Shown: positions 1 through 10,545, counted from the stretch's first letter. The stretch is 39,645 nucleotides of DNA from Pseudobacteriovorax sp. (GCA_050293845.1 JBNKNM010000032.1:1-39645), one strand, 5' to 3'. The notes: generated from the letters alone by a model not told the origin. Made by a program: numbers and translations.

Positions 1-3000
1 ATCGCTATAAGCGTTAATAGCACGGGACACTTTTTTCGACGATAGGGGGTACAATGTCCCTCCAGTCCAGGAATCGGGACCGTCATTGGGAATATCCCCG
101 TAGCGTTTAAGGGGACGGCTTTCTATACCCATAAGTCCCACAGGGAAGCCACCAATCTGTGTTTCCCAAACTATAGTTGTTTCGGCATCTCTCATGTTGT
201 GCCAGCGCTCAATGAAGTCAGCATCCTGATCCCGTGTTGCATGCATGATTTGACGCATATCAAAGGGTTTTTTACGTTCAGCATTGGCCTTACCCAGGAT
301 ATCGCCTATTTTTGCAAAGCCTTGATTGAGCATATCGGTATAAGGAAAGTCACAAATATTGCGAGCGCTATCATCCAGAGTGTTTTTGCGCTTGCCATAG
401 GGATAATTGGCCTTGCGATAAGCTAGGCGGTAGTGACGGAATAGGAGGCGGTATGCCTCTGCTAAATCTGTGGCCCGATACTGGGCTTGGCCATTAGGGC
501 CCATGATTTTTTCGACTCCACCAATACCGATATTATCTTCAGCGGAAACAGAGCCACTAAAGTCCAGAGCTTTTTTACCGGTGAGGACCATACTACCTTG
601 ATCTGTCATGATCAGGAGGCCATTGGTATGCTGGAGCATGGTTGCTTCAGCGTTCCAGTAGGATTGGGCACCGACATTGATACCGGCGACTATGATATTA
701 ATCTCACCCCCCCTTTGGGTGAATTCGATGATGCGACGCAGTACCCTTGCCGTCCAATCTAAGTTCTCGGTTCCTGTCTGCATATCAATGGCAGCTCCTG
801 AGGACACGGGTATCCACTCCACGGGGATACCATCCCTTTCGGCAAGGTCAATAGCGGCGATAACACGACGGCACTCCCCTTCAGCTAATGAGCCTAGGTC
901 GCGGGAAGGATCTCCTAACAGAATGACCCGTTCGTAATTAGTACCCTCATCCAGGTTATATATTTTGCCAAATACAACATTGCTAATGTTATTGCCATAG
1001 GGACGACCTTCGACGCTGATCGTTTGCTGATTGCCACTACTGTCGAATTGAATGTCAAACTCCTCAAATCTTCCCGAAGGAAAGTCTTCAGACGAGGCAT
1101 CGGTTAGCATGTTGATAATTTCATAGGGGTAAGCGCTATTTCGTCTGAGTGAACGAACTACTTTACTAGTGTATGGGTCAAGGGACTCTAAAGGCTCTCG
1201 CGACGGAATACGACCACGGATACTATATTTGGTGGCAAAATTTTCTACAAGGACTTCGGCATCGATAGCTTCTCGCTGTCTCCCCGCAATTTTGGAATAA
1301 ATGGTGATTTTTTCAAGTCCCAAACCTCTTAGCATGTTGGCAATGGTCTTGGGATACTCACCAATTTGCTCCAGGCGAAGGGGGTGAGTTTGTCCGATGT
1401 GTACGATAATACGATTCCAGAAGTACTGGCGCTTTTGCCGTGCTTGCTGCTCGCGAATAGCTTGAATTGCTTCCAGGATACCATATTCAAAGTTACCAAT
1501 TCTTTGAATCGATTTTTCTTCATTAAGCTCAATGGTCGTCTCAGGAATCTCCACAAAAGCAAATATCCGCTGGTCTTTCGCATTATCCTTGGCTTCTAGC
1601 TTTAGTACATGGACAAATTGTGAGTGATAGACCAAGTCGACGACAAAGTTGATGAGCCGGTCTAAGTGTAACTCCCGGTACCGCAAGGGACTGAAATAGC
1701 GACGTCGCCTGCTTTCTTGCCATTTTTCATTATCGTAGACGAACGAACGATAGACATACTTGTCTTCATGATACAGGCCGACCCAACAAACATTGCACAG
1801 GAGTTTGTTTTGTTCGAGATGCTTAGTAAACTTTAGCTCCGGGGTATTGATGTCCCGCCGGACCAGTAAGATGACTTCTAAGTTCTCCTGATCGAGAACT
1901 TCTAAGAATTCATTGAGCCAAAGCAGGTTTTCAAAATAAGTCGATTCATCTAAGATTTTTACTACAGTAGTGAAAACCTCATTGTACTTTGTGGTTTTAG
2001 CCTTATAGACGGAATGATGGCCGCTTGTGAGGTATTCCCCCACCAAAAAGGTCCTGTCTCGTGTAAAACGTTTTGAAATTAGTTTGAGAATTTTTTCTTC
2101 CTTGGAAGCATTCTCAGGGTGTATAGACACCAGATGGCTCAAAATTTGGTGTCCTGATTCGATAATCTCTTTTTCTGAGGTCTTGGCCTCTTCAGGTTCG
2201 ACTAGAACCGAGTTCAATAACTGGGCCACCATCTGGGTGCGCTGCTTTTGGGACTCATCTTGCAACGATCGGTCGACCAGTTCGTAACGTGTATGAATGG
2301 CTGCATCTACTAAAACCCATTTGCCCGTACTGACTTCAATGACCCCATTCAAAAGCTCAGACAAATCTTCTTTTGAACAAATATGAGAAACTTCGGGGTA
2401 GATTTTTTGAAAGCTAAACAGACCAAGTCGAGCTAGCTCGACTTGGTCTTGATGGTTTGCATAGGCCTTATAGATGTGAAATAAGGCTAGGGTGGTATCG
2501 CTATAATTGTCTTGCTCAGCCCAAGAGTATAGGGCGATAGCATCTTGAACACGGGTCAAAAAACGCTCAGGTAATCCCTTTTCACGGTCCTCGCGGCGTA
2601 GGAAAAAGTGCATCAAGCACTCATCGACTTCGGATTCTCGCGCCCCTTGGGAACCTTGCAGCTCCGACTTGAATAGCCTTTGAATAGTAATTAAGGCGCG
2701 GCAGGAGTCTAGAATCAAAGTAGCTAGTCTAGCCTTAAAGTTGGGATGTTTATCAATAAAGTCCTCCAGCTTGGAAAGAATGCTTCCTACTGGTCGGGTG
2801 TAGTCATAGCCCGTGAAAACAGCAAAGTATTCTCGAGACAAGTAGTTCCATTGATCTTCAAGTGTGGATAGAACTTCCCGACCCTTACCGACTTCCAGGT
2901 CTTTGAAACTGAGTCGCTGAGATGTTTCCGACTTTTCTTCGCTGCTGGCATCTTTTTTGGTTTCGATTTCCACAAGCTTTTGGCCAGCTGCGACTTGCTC

Positions 3001-4956
3001 ACCGGAGCGTACATGGATTTGAGAAACAATGCCATCGTCAGGAGCTGTGATGGTCATTTCCATTTTCATAGCTTCAAGGGTGAGGAGTAGGTCCCCTTGC
3101 TTTACTTCCTGGCCGGGTTTAGCAACAACTGTTAAAACGACCGATGGTGACGGAGCGGCGATACTTCCCCCTGCATCAAGGGGTATTACATAGGGGATAC
3201 CATCAATTTCACACTGGAGAGAATGGGAACGCGGTACAATCTGGAGTTTGTACTTTTTTCGGTTGGTTTTGAGAATGATTTCATGGCCCCAGTTCACATA
3301 TTCCGCTACGAGTTGCTTATGGTCTGTTTCGATATGGAAAACATTGTTGCCCATGGAGCGAATAAAAAAAGCATACTTATGTCCTTGGTGTTGAATCGGT
3401 AACTCGCTCCCAAGGTGGGGTATATTACGGGGTAAGCTAAAACGGCGAATTTTCTCCGCAAAGTTTTCAAAATCGTGGGCAAATTTTTGTTCGTAAAGGT
3501 AAATGGCTCCCGCAATGACAGCAATGTCCCAGTCTGATTTTAACGTGAAGTTGGTTTGGTTTAGATATTGTTCCACAAAATTTGTCTGTACCCCCCCGAC
3601 TTTCACCTCGTGGGAAGCCAATAATTCCAGTAAAAACCCCTGGTTGGTGGTGCCATTTTCAATTTCGATTTGTAATTCCCGCAAGGCACGGGTTAGCTTT
3701 GCAATAGCCGATTTCCGATCTGGTGCCCGGGCTATTATTTTTGCAATCATTGAGTCGAATTCGCGGGGGATGGTGCTACCCCATTCGATACCGGCGTCTA
3801 ATCTTATACCCGGCAATTGTGGAGGGAGGTATCTTTTGATCTTCCCTGGTGTGGGAGCGAAGTTATTTTCGGGGTCTTCCGCGTTGAGACGTACCTCAAT
3901 CACATGACCAGTGGGAGTTTTTACGGGTAAGTCCAGAAGGTTCGTTCCTAGGGCGACCTGAATCTGTAGGTGAACTAGATCGGTATGATAAAGCTCCTCA
4001 GTAATGGGATGTTCCACCTGCAAACGGGTATTCACTTCCATAAAAAATGGCTGCTGTCGATCTAAGTCGTAAAGGAATTCGACGGTTCCGGCTCCATGAT
4101 AAACCGCTGCTTTCAACAAGCGGGCAGAGCAGGCCTCCAGTTCATCCAGTATTTTGGGAGAAATACCAGCTGGCGGTGTTTCTTCTATAATTTTTTGATT
4201 GTTACGCTGGACAGAGCAGTCCCTTACTCCAAAGGTCTTTACATTTCCAAAATAGTCCGCAACACACTGCACTTCTAGGTGACGTCCGTTAGCTACCAAG
4301 GCTTCCATGAATATAATCTTGTTACCAAAAAAGCGAAAAATTTCCTCAGACACAGCATTAAACGCATGTTCTAACTGCTCAGGCTTATGGACCTTACGAA
4401 TACCACGACCCCCGCCTCCATTAGCGGACTTAAGGATTACCGGGTAGCCAATTTTTTCTGCCTGTTCACGGGCATCGTCCAGATTTTTAATGGGACGCCC
4501 ACTCCAAGGAGTGGTTGGCACCTTAGTTTCATCTGCTAAAGCCTTGGCTCGGATTTTATCCCCTAACAATTCCATAGCTTGGGATGTAGGGCCTATAAGT
4601 TCAATATCATTGGCTTGTAAAAGGGCGGCAAAAGCCGGGTCTTCAGCTAAAAAGCCCCAACCAACCCAAACGGCGTCGCAGCCATAGGCTTTGATCACAT
4701 CGAGCATGAATTCAGCATTGAGATAGGGGCTACCTGAAAGTTTTTCATAGTGCTGAAATTTGGAAAGATTATGGGTATGATCCGCTTCTTTTACAAAAAG
4801 AGCATCGGATTCGACATCAATATATAGGGCAACAGTCTCAAATTGAGTATCGTGGAGAGTATTGAATTCTTTAGTTGCACGGATAAAGCGTACGGCAGCC
4901 TCACCACGGTTTACAATCGCTATCTTAGCGTTTCTTGCAATGTCTTGGCGTTTCAA
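1..4956 (-). CDS. Single-chain acyl-CoA carboxylase (biotin carboxylase + BCCP + central region + carboxyltransferase); 3' end runs off the window
   Basis: Absent from the ORF track because there is no stop codon in the window. TTG start at 4956 with GAGGAAG RBS. Motifs translated by hand, all in one frame: IAIVNRGEAAVRFIRA, GWGFLAED, GGGGRGIRKV, RDCSVQR, FMEVNTRLQVEHPITEE (BC); EAMKM at ~3061-3075 (biotinylation site); GINVGAQSYWNAEATML and DGPDSWTGGTLYPLSSKKVSRAINA (CT). Confidence 0.93.
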   Translation of the reverse strand, partial: MKRQDIARNAKIAIVNRGEAAVRFIRATKEFNTLHDTQFETVALYIDVESDALFVKEADHTHNLSKFQHYEKLSGSPYLNAEFMLDVIKAYGCDAVWVGWGFLAEDPAFAALLQANDIELIGPTSQAMELLGDKIRAKALADETKVPTTPWSGRPIKNLDDAREQAEKIGYPVILKSANGGGGRGIRKVHKPEQLEHAFNAVSEEIFRFFGNKIIFMEALVANGRHLEVQCVADYFGNVKTFGVRDCSVQRNNQKIIEETPPAGISPKILDELEACSARLLKAAVYHGAGTVEFLYDLDRQQPFFMEVNTRLQVEHPITEELYHTDLVHLQIQVALGTNLLDLPVKTPTGHVIEVRLNAEDPENNFAPTPGKIKRYLPPQLPGIRLDAGIEWGSTIPREFDSMIAKIIARAPDRKSAIAKLTRALRELQIEIENGTTNQGFLLELLASHEVKVGGVQTNFVEQYLNQTNFTLKSDWDIAVIAGAIYLYEQKFAHDFENFAEKIRRFSLPRNIPHLGSELPIQHQGHKYAFFIRSMGNNVFHIETDHKQLVAEYVNWGHEIILKTNRKKYKLQIVPRSHSLQCEIDGIPYVIPLDAGGSIAAPSPSVVLTVVAKPGQEVKQGDLLLTLEAMKMEMTITAPDDGIVSQIHVRSGEQVAAGQKLVEIETKKDASSEEKSETSQRLSFKDLEVGKGREVLSTLEDQWNYLSREYFAVFTGYDYTRPVGSILSKLEDFIDKHPNFKARLATLILDSCRALITIQRLFKSELQGSQGARESEVDECLMHFFLRREDREKGLPERFLTRVQDAIALYSWAEQDNYSDTTLALFHIYKAYANHQDQVELARLGLFSFQKIYPEVSHICSKEDLSELLNGVIEVSTGKWVLVDAAIHTRYELVDRSLQDESQKQRTQMVAQLLNSVLVEPEEAKTSEKEIIESGHQILSHLVSIHPENASKEEKILKLISKRFTRDRTFLVGEYLTSGHHSVYKAKTTKYNEVFTTVVKILDESTYFENLLWLNEFLEVLDQENLEVILLVRRDINTPELKFTKHLEQNKLLCNVCWVGLYHEDKYVYRSFVYDNEKWQESRRRRYFSPLRYRELHLDRLINFVVDLVYHSQFVHVLKLEAKDNAKDQRIFAFVEIPETTIELNEEKSIQRIGNFEYGILEAIQAIREQQARQKRQYFWNRIIVHIGQTHPLRLEQIGEYPKTIANMLRGLGLEKITIYSKIAGRQREAIDAEVLVENFATKYSIRGRIPSREPLESLDPYTSKVVRSLRRNSAYPYEIINMLTDASSEDFPSGRFEEFDIQFDSSGNQQTISVEGRPYGNNISNVVFGKIYNLDEGTNYERVILLGDPSRDLGSLAEGECRRVIAAIDLAERDGIPVEWIPVSSGAAIDMQTGTENLDWTARVLRRIIEFTQRGGEINIIVAGINVGAQSYWNAEATMLQHTNGLLIMTDQGSMVLTGKKALDFSGSVSAEDNIGIGGVEKIMGPNGQAQYRATDLAEAYRLLFRHYRLAYRKANYPYGKRKNTLDDSARNICDFPYTDMLNQGFAKIGDILGKANAERKKPFDMRQIMHATRDQDADFIERWHNMRDAETTIVWETQIGGFPVGLMGIESRPLKRYGDIPNDGPDSWTGGTLYPLSSKKVSRAINAYSD

Positions 4957-5230
4957 TTTCAAACTTCCTCTGTGTGTAATTGCTGTTGGGTTTCCAGGAT
5001 CTTTAAAAGTACCAAATGTCCTTAAAAGATGGGTAAGACTTTTGTAAAACAGCTAACAAGTATTTGCGAGAAATACCTTACCCTATCAATAATTCTTTAC
5101 TTTTCCAATATTCCACAAAAGAGGGTAGTCACTACTGATTGAGTCAAATTGTACTGGTCTAAGGTTCCATGATAAACTAACTCCAAGCTTATTTATTATA
5201 CTTAGCCATAAATCCCCTACCACGGATGTA

Positions 5231-6037
5231 ATGACCATGGCGGTTAATACCCTAATAAATGATTCTCAGGAAATTAATCGATTTTTCTTAAATTTATCGA
5301 GGGAAGGTTCTACTGGTATCATACGTCCTATCGATGCTCCTACTCTCGGTGTGAAGTTTAAGTTTGGAAAAACCCGACTTAAGGAGCACCCTATAGCTTT
5401 GCAACTGATTGGTATTTCCACCTATGGTTTGGAAAAGCTCAAGGAGTATAAAGACCTAAAAATAGAGGTGTTTGGCCAGGATAAGCGAGTGTCCTTTGAA
5501 GCTAGAACTTTAAAGGTCGGTAATAATGGGATCTGGGTGAGTCTGCCCCATGAAGTCATCAACTCAGAAAGGCGTGAAAGACAACGGTATATCACCAATG
5601 ACAGCCACACCCCTTTTTTTGACCCCGGAGGCTGGACGATAAATCCGGATGATATCACCGCGCCCCCTTTATTTAGCCTTTACAAACCGATTTCGACTTG
5701 GTGCCGTATCATGGATATTAGTTTCGATGGGATATGCTTCGAGACACGCTTCCCCGCCATAATCGGATGGGTTGAAAAAAATCCTATATTTAAAGACTCC
5801 CGGATTATTCTACCGATGAAAAGACCCTACGCTGTCCCAACGGAACTGCGGTGGACGAAAAGAATTCGCGAGCGGGTGCGGGTTGAAGACAACACCTTTA
5901 TTTCTATTCAAAAATATAAATTTGGTGTGAAATATCAAGATCCAAAAAGAGAGTTTTTACGGGAAGTTGCGGAATTTCTTAAGATAATGCAGGTTACAAA
6001 GTCGCCTGAAGGCATAAAGGGTGTTGCTGATGGGTAG
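5231..6037 (+). CDS. PilZ-domain c-di-GMP receptor (YcgR/flagellar brake-like)
   Basis: ERRERQRY (RxxxR) and MDISFDGICF (DxSxxG) PilZ motifs follow an N-terminal beta-rich domain. Confidence 0.8.
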   Translation: MTMAVNTLINDSQEINRFFLNLSREGSTGIIRPIDAPTLGVKFKFGKTRLKEHPIALQLIGISTYGLEKLKEYKDLKIEVFGQDKRVSFEARTLKVGNNGIWVSLPHEVINSERRERQRYITNDSHTPFFDPGGWTINPDDITAPPLFSLYKPISTWCRIMDISFDGICFETRFPAIIGWVEKNPIFKDSRIILPMKRPYAVPTELRWTKRIRERVRVEDNTFISIQKYKFGVKYQDPKREFLREVAEFLKIMQVTKSPEGIKGVADG

Positions 6038-7154
6038 GAGAGTGAAGTCAGATTGGGATAATCAAACAGCCATAGCTTTTAGCCTGGTAGAAAAAAAGCT
6101 CAATATTCTATTGAAAGATATCCTTTCCAAAAGACGTTGGACTTTGATGGGAACCTATGAGTCAGAAGAGGAGTGCTTTGCCAATATCACCATCGGCAAG
6201 GCCAACCTGCTTATTATCGATGATGCTGTTCAAGCTCCTGCTTCTTTTATTTTACGGGAACAGCAGTTTCATGTGCTCCCAATCCTGACACCTACCATCA
6301 TAATATGTTCTGATCACAACAAAATTGACATGGATTGTATGCTATCCATGGGGGCCCCAGTTATCGTCCGTAAGCCTCTTACACCACAAAAATTTTTAGA
6401 AGCTTTTGATATACTGATTAAGCGTTGGAATGAGGAACCCTTAAAGAGTCTAAGAACTGTTAGCACCCTATTAACTACCGATAAAAAGCAGCAGGGTATT
6501 AAAATGCTGGCTCAGCAAGTGCAAAATCGAGGCGCTCATCATCTGGCAAGCACGGCCTTGTCCTTACAATACCGGGATGTTGAAGACTTGATTATGACCG
6601 AGAAAATACTAATTAGTGCTTTTGATCAAGGCATTCGTAGTATGAACATCATTCTACCTTTGATCGACCTTTACTTGTATGGGAGCTGTCCCAGAAAAGC
6701 TATTGAACTGATCCAAAAGGCTAATGCAGAATATGGAAAGCCGAATTTTCTATGTATTGATGCCATACAAGCCCATCTTATGTTGAATGAGATACGTGAG
6801 TGTATCCCTTATCTAAGGCAAATGATAAATAATAATTACTATGCTAATGTAGCTAGGCACTATTTACCACGAATGCTGTATTCTTCAGGTATGCTGGAAG
6901 AGTTTGACAAGTCCATACGCTTCCGTCCTGATAAATTCGACGAGTACCAAAGATCTTGGCATATGCTTTCTGATCGTGATGCCAAGCGGCGATTATCGCA
7001 ATATGAACATATATCTGTCAGCAAAAAGCTAAAAGAGAAGGAAGAGCGGTTGAAGATCAGTAAAATGAATAAGGATAAGCGCCAGGAGGAAATGACCTTG
7101 GATCAATCCCAGTATATGGAAGTGGGAAAACCGCTATTTCGAAAGACTAGTTGA
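6030..7154 (+). CDS. Atypical receiver domain + TPR-like helical protein
   Basis: LLIIDD...PTIIIC...RKPLTP receiver-like pattern followed by helical repeats; ATG at 6030 overlaps the PilZ gene end. Confidence 0.6.
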   Translation: MGRRVKSDWDNQTAIAFSLVEKKLNILLKDILSKRRWTLMGTYESEEECFANITIGKANLLIIDDAVQAPASFILREQQFHVLPILTPTIIICSDHNKIDMDCMLSMGAPVIVRKPLTPQKFLEAFDILIKRWNEEPLKSLRTVSTLLTTDKKQQGIKMLAQQVQNRGAHHLASTALSLQYRDVEDLIMTEKILISAFDQGIRSMNIILPLIDLYLYGSCPRKAIELIQKANAEYGKPNFLCIDAIQAHLMLNEIRECIPYLRQMINNNYYANVARHYLPRMLYSSGMLEEFDKSIRFRPDKFDEYQRSWHMLSDRDAKRRLSQYEHISVSKKLKEKEERLKISKMNKDKRQEEMTLDQSQYMEVGKPLFRKTS

Positions 7155-7333
7155 TAAGGTAAAGCACTCATCAAAATTGTTATAGCGGCATTCCCACAAA
7201 GTGGTTCAACCTATCCTCACTATTCGCATACCTAATATGTCGATTGTCAAGCAAGAGTGGTAAGCCATACCCTTACCTTGCCTAGGTATGCTAAAGGGTG
7301 TATGCTGCGGCCCTTAGTTCTAGGGGAGGCACC

Positions 7334-8159
7334 TTGACTACATCACCTAATGTTATTAAATTGTACCTATTTAGCGGCTCATATATGCTGCTAGTTCTGT
7401 TTCCTATAATGGTGCCTTTTTTACATGGTTATGCCATGTCCATGGCTGAAGTATGTGAACTACTCGGCCCTAAAGGACCGAGCTTCCAATACTAAGCAGC
7501 TTTCGTCGCTTTTCTCTTCTTTTTTGACGCTTCTCTGCTACGTGCACGGGTTGCCTTCGCTTGCCACGTCTTAGGTGTAGTTCCACGTCCTGTATCAGAA
7601 AGAAGCACGCCTCTTTTGGACAACCCCGTTCCAGGTGGCTATATAGTTCTGTGGAGTATGGCTACTTTTTATGCTGTTTGGCTATTTCAGAAATACTGGC
7701 AGGAGCAGCAAATCCCGCTCTCCTATTTTGGTTGGCTGTGGGCTTGCTATAATCTAACGGCGGCCATATCTAGTCGGGTGGCACATAAGATTGAAAGGTC
7801 TTCGGTTACTCACTATACTTTACTGTTGATTGGGCTGCTACCTATTTTAGGATATTTGGGTATGTACTGGGGCGTTGGTATTTGGGGGGGGCTGCAGGAA
7901 TTCTTTTTCAGCTAAGCCGTGGTTTTCACCAGGTCATATTTAAGGACGCTTTGAATCAAAGATTTGATGGCGAGTTCCGTTCTACGGCAAACTCTGTTAT
8001 CAGTTTTGGGTCTCGCGGTACTTTTTTCCTAACCGGTCCTATGGTTGGTCCATAGATCACCTTTCCCTAAATCACACCCTGCTATTGCTGGCAGGTGGAT
8101 TTACGGTATTGTTTTTGCCTTTAATGGGTGAGCTGAGCAAATCACCGCAGACGACTTGA
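7334..8159 (+). pseudogene. MFS transporter pseudogene, interrupted by an IS remnant, internally deleted and frameshifted
   Basis: GGAGG + TTG start at 7334 gives NVIKLYLFSGSYMLLVLFPIMVPFLHGYAMSMAEV. Frame resumes at ~7640 (IVLWSMATFYAVWLFQKYW...). After a frameshift it reads RGFHQVIFKDALNQRFDGEFRSTANSV; after another it gives a final TM helix and TGA at 8157-8159. Far too short for a 12-TM MFS. Confidence 0.8.
7455..7638 (-). mobile_element. IS200/IS605-family right-end remnant (tnpB C-terminal tail + subterminal hairpin)
   Basis: Minus strand ends GAAGCTCGGTCCTTTAGGGCCGAGTAGTTCAC (hairpin with TTTA loop, TCAC end). It is preceded by a basic tail PGTGLSKRGVLLSDTGRGTTPKTWQAKATRARSREASKKKRKATKAA*. 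Left boundary approximate. Confidence 0.75.
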
Positions 8160-8186
8160 ACAAAGCGGTTGGTTGCTGCCAAGCAA

Positions 8187-9356
8187 TTATGAAAGGCGAT
8201 CCCGATAAATTTCATAACCAAATGTTTTTATCAATTCAAATGAGCCTTGCTCATCCATGTGTATAATAGCGGGAAGCTGGATACCATTAAAATTGGAAGT
8301 TTTGACTACCGTATAGTGAGACATATCCAGGATAGATAAACGATCCCCTACTTTTAGAGGATAGTCGAAGGAGTAGTCGCCAATGACGTCTCCCGCTAAA
8401 CAGGTAAGACCACCTAAACGGTAACTATAGGGTTTCTTTCCAGGCAGATCAGCTCCCAGTATTTCAGGCCGATAGGGCATTTCCAGGACATCTGGCATAT
8501 GGGCCGTTGCACTGGTATCGAGAATAGCGATAGATCCTTCATTTTCTACAATATCAAGGACCGTGGTAACCAGATTACCTGTGCGAATGGCAATAGCTTC
8601 TCCAGGCTCCAGGTAGACCTCAACATCATATTTGACTTTAAAAGCTTTGATCAGTTCAACAAGTGCATCGATATCATAACCAGGTTTAGTGATGTGATGA
8701 CCTCCTCCAAAGTTAACCCAAGATACTTGTTTTAGGAGGGAGCCAAATTTTTGCTCAATAACTGCTAGTGTTCTTGTTAATGCATCAGCTCCAAGCTCAC
8801 AAAGGGTATGAAAGTGTAGACCGTCAATACCTTCGAAAGAACTGAGCTGATTGAGGTCTGCGGCACGGACTCCCAGTCGAGAGCGTGGGGCGCAGGGATC
8901 ATATAATGCTACAGCTACTTCTTGATGTTCGGGGTTTACCCTTAAGCCGCAGGAGATTTTTCTGGGAGCGCTTTGCACCTGAGCTTTAAAACGTTCCCAC
9001 TGGCCTAATGAATTAAAAATCAGATGATCACAATACTGTAAAACTTGATGCATATCCTGCTCGCTATAGGCGGGGGCGTATGTGTGTACCTCACCATCCA
9101 GCTTTTCCTTGGCTAATCTGGCCTCATGGGGAGAACTGGAAGTAGCCCCTGCAAGATAGCGTTGTACCAAGGGAAATGTAGACCAAGTGGAAAAACCTTT
9201 CAATGCCAGCAGTATCTTACACCCAGCTCTTTTTTGCACGGCGTCGAGTATTTTCAGGTTATTTTCTAACAGCTCTAGGCTAATCACCCAAGAGGGTGAT
9301 GCAGGTACCTTCTTGGGATCTATTTTTAGCAGTGGGGCCAAGTAATCTTCAGTCAA
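8187..9356 (-). CDS. nspC: Carboxynorspermidine decarboxylase
   Basis: LLALKGFS (PLP Lys), YDPCAPRSRLG, GLHFHTLCE, NFGGGHHIT, HMPDVLEMPYRP, CLAGDVIGDY. Confidence 0.95.
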   Translation of the reverse strand: MTEDYLAPLLKIDPKKVPASPSWVISLELLENNLKILDAVQKRAGCKILLALKGFSTWSTFPLVQRYLAGATSSSPHEARLAKEKLDGEVHTYAPAYSEQDMHQVLQYCDHLIFNSLGQWERFKAQVQSAPRKISCGLRVNPEHQEVAVALYDPCAPRSRLGVRAADLNQLSSFEGIDGLHFHTLCELGADALTRTLAVIEQKFGSLLKQVSWVNFGGGHHITKPGYDIDALVELIKAFKVKYDVEVYLEPGEAIAIRTGNLVTTVLDIVENEGSIAILDTSATAHMPDVLEMPYRPEILGADLPGKKPYSYRLGGLTCLAGDVIGDYSFDYPLKVGDRLSILDMSHYTVVKTSNFNGIQLPAIIHMDEQGSFELIKTFGYEIYRDRLS

Positions 9357-10545
9357 CAGGTAGCTCCTTCACATGCCAGGGCAGGCCGTATGCGGCAAGC
9401 TTTTCTAGAAAAGGGTCTGGGTCCATTTGTTCCATGTGAACCACTCCTTTTTGCTGCCATTTTTTCTCAAGCATCATCATAGCTCCTACCATCGCAGGAA
9501 CTCCGGTTGTATAGCTTACAGCTTGGGAGCGAACTTCCTGATAGCAGTCTCCATGATCACAAACATTATAAACAAAAATCTTTTTGCGTTTCCCACTCTT
9601 AATGCCTTCGATGATACAGCCAATACTAGTTTTGCCAGTATAGCCTTCAGCAAGACTTCCAGGGTCTGGAAGTAAGCATTTTAAAAACTCCATAGGAATG
9701 ACTTTCGTGTCCTTATAGGGGACAGGGTCAATACGAGTCATTCCTACATTAGCAAGGACGGTCATATGTTTTATGTATTCTTCGCCAAAGGTCATCCAAA
9801 ATCGAATGCGTTTGAGCCCTTTTAGATGCATGACCAATGACTCAAGTTCTTCATGATACAGCAAGTAGGCTTTCCGCTCTCCGACTTCCGGGAAGTCAAA
9901 GCTTTGGGAGATTTCTAAAGGCTCTGTGCTGATCCACTGACCTGCTTCCCAGTACTTACCCCTTTGGGTCACTTCGCGGAGGTTAATTTCAGGGTTAAAA
10001 TTAGTCGCAAATGCCTTGCCATGATCTCCGGCGTTACAGTCGACTATGTCTACATAATGAATTTCGTCAAAGTGATGTTTTTGCGCATAAGCACAGAATA
10101 CATTGGTAACACCAGGGTCGAATCCGGAACCTAGCAGAGCCATTAGGTTGGCATCTTTATACTTGTCTTGGTAGGCCCATTGCCACTTATATTCAAATTT
10201 AGCGACATCGCGGGGCTCGTAATTCGCTGTGTCCAGATAGTCGATGCCAGCGGCAAGACATGCGTCCATGATGGGAAGGTCTTGGTAGGGCAAGGCTACA
10301 TTGATGACAAGTTCTGGGCGCAGCCTGTTCAAAAGCGCCGTGGTCTCTTCCACGTTATCAGCATCTACTTGAGCAATATCAATATCAACAGAACGTAATG
10401 CTTTAACCTCTTTCTGGATTTTCTCACACTTTGCTAAGGTTCTACTCGCCAGTGTTATATGGGTGAAAACCTCTTTAGCCTGGGCACATTTGTGGGTTAC
10501 AACTCCGCCGACTCCACCTGCGCCAATTATTAGAACTTTGCTCAT
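9349..10545 (-). CDS. Carboxynorspermidine/carboxyspermidine synthase (saccharopine dehydrogenase family)
   Basis: GAGGVG Rossmann motif, YLDTANYE, GSGFDPGVTN, FATNFNPEINLRE, SYTTGVPA; overlaps nspC; GGAG RBS before ATG 10545. Confidence 0.93.
   Translation of the reverse strand: MSKVLIIGAGGVGGVVTHKCAQAKEVFTHITLASRTLAKCEKIQKEVKALRSVDIDIAQVDADNVEETTALLNRLRPELVINVALPYQDLPIMDACLAAGIDYLDTANYEPRDVAKFEYKWQWAYQDKYKDANLMALLGSGFDPGVTNVFCAYAQKHHFDEIHYVDIVDCNAGDHGKAFATNFNPEINLREVTQRGKYWEAGQWISTEPLEISQSFDFPEVGERKAYLLYHEELESLVMHLKGLKRIRFWMTFGEEYIKHMTVLANVGMTRIDPVPYKDTKVIPMEFLKCLLPDPGSLAEGYTGKTSIGCIIEGIKSGKRKKIFVYNVCDHGDCYQEVRSQAVSYTTGVPAMVGAMMMLEKKWQQKGVVHMEQMDPDPFLEKLAAYGLPWHVKELPVD

Noticed and set aside
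199..5047. About 15 short ORF-track ORFs
   Set aside because: Antisense or off-frame shadows of the large carboxylase gene
7298..7915. Three short ORFs treated as separate genes
   Set aside because: They are chimeras of MFS pseudogene fragments and the IS remnant
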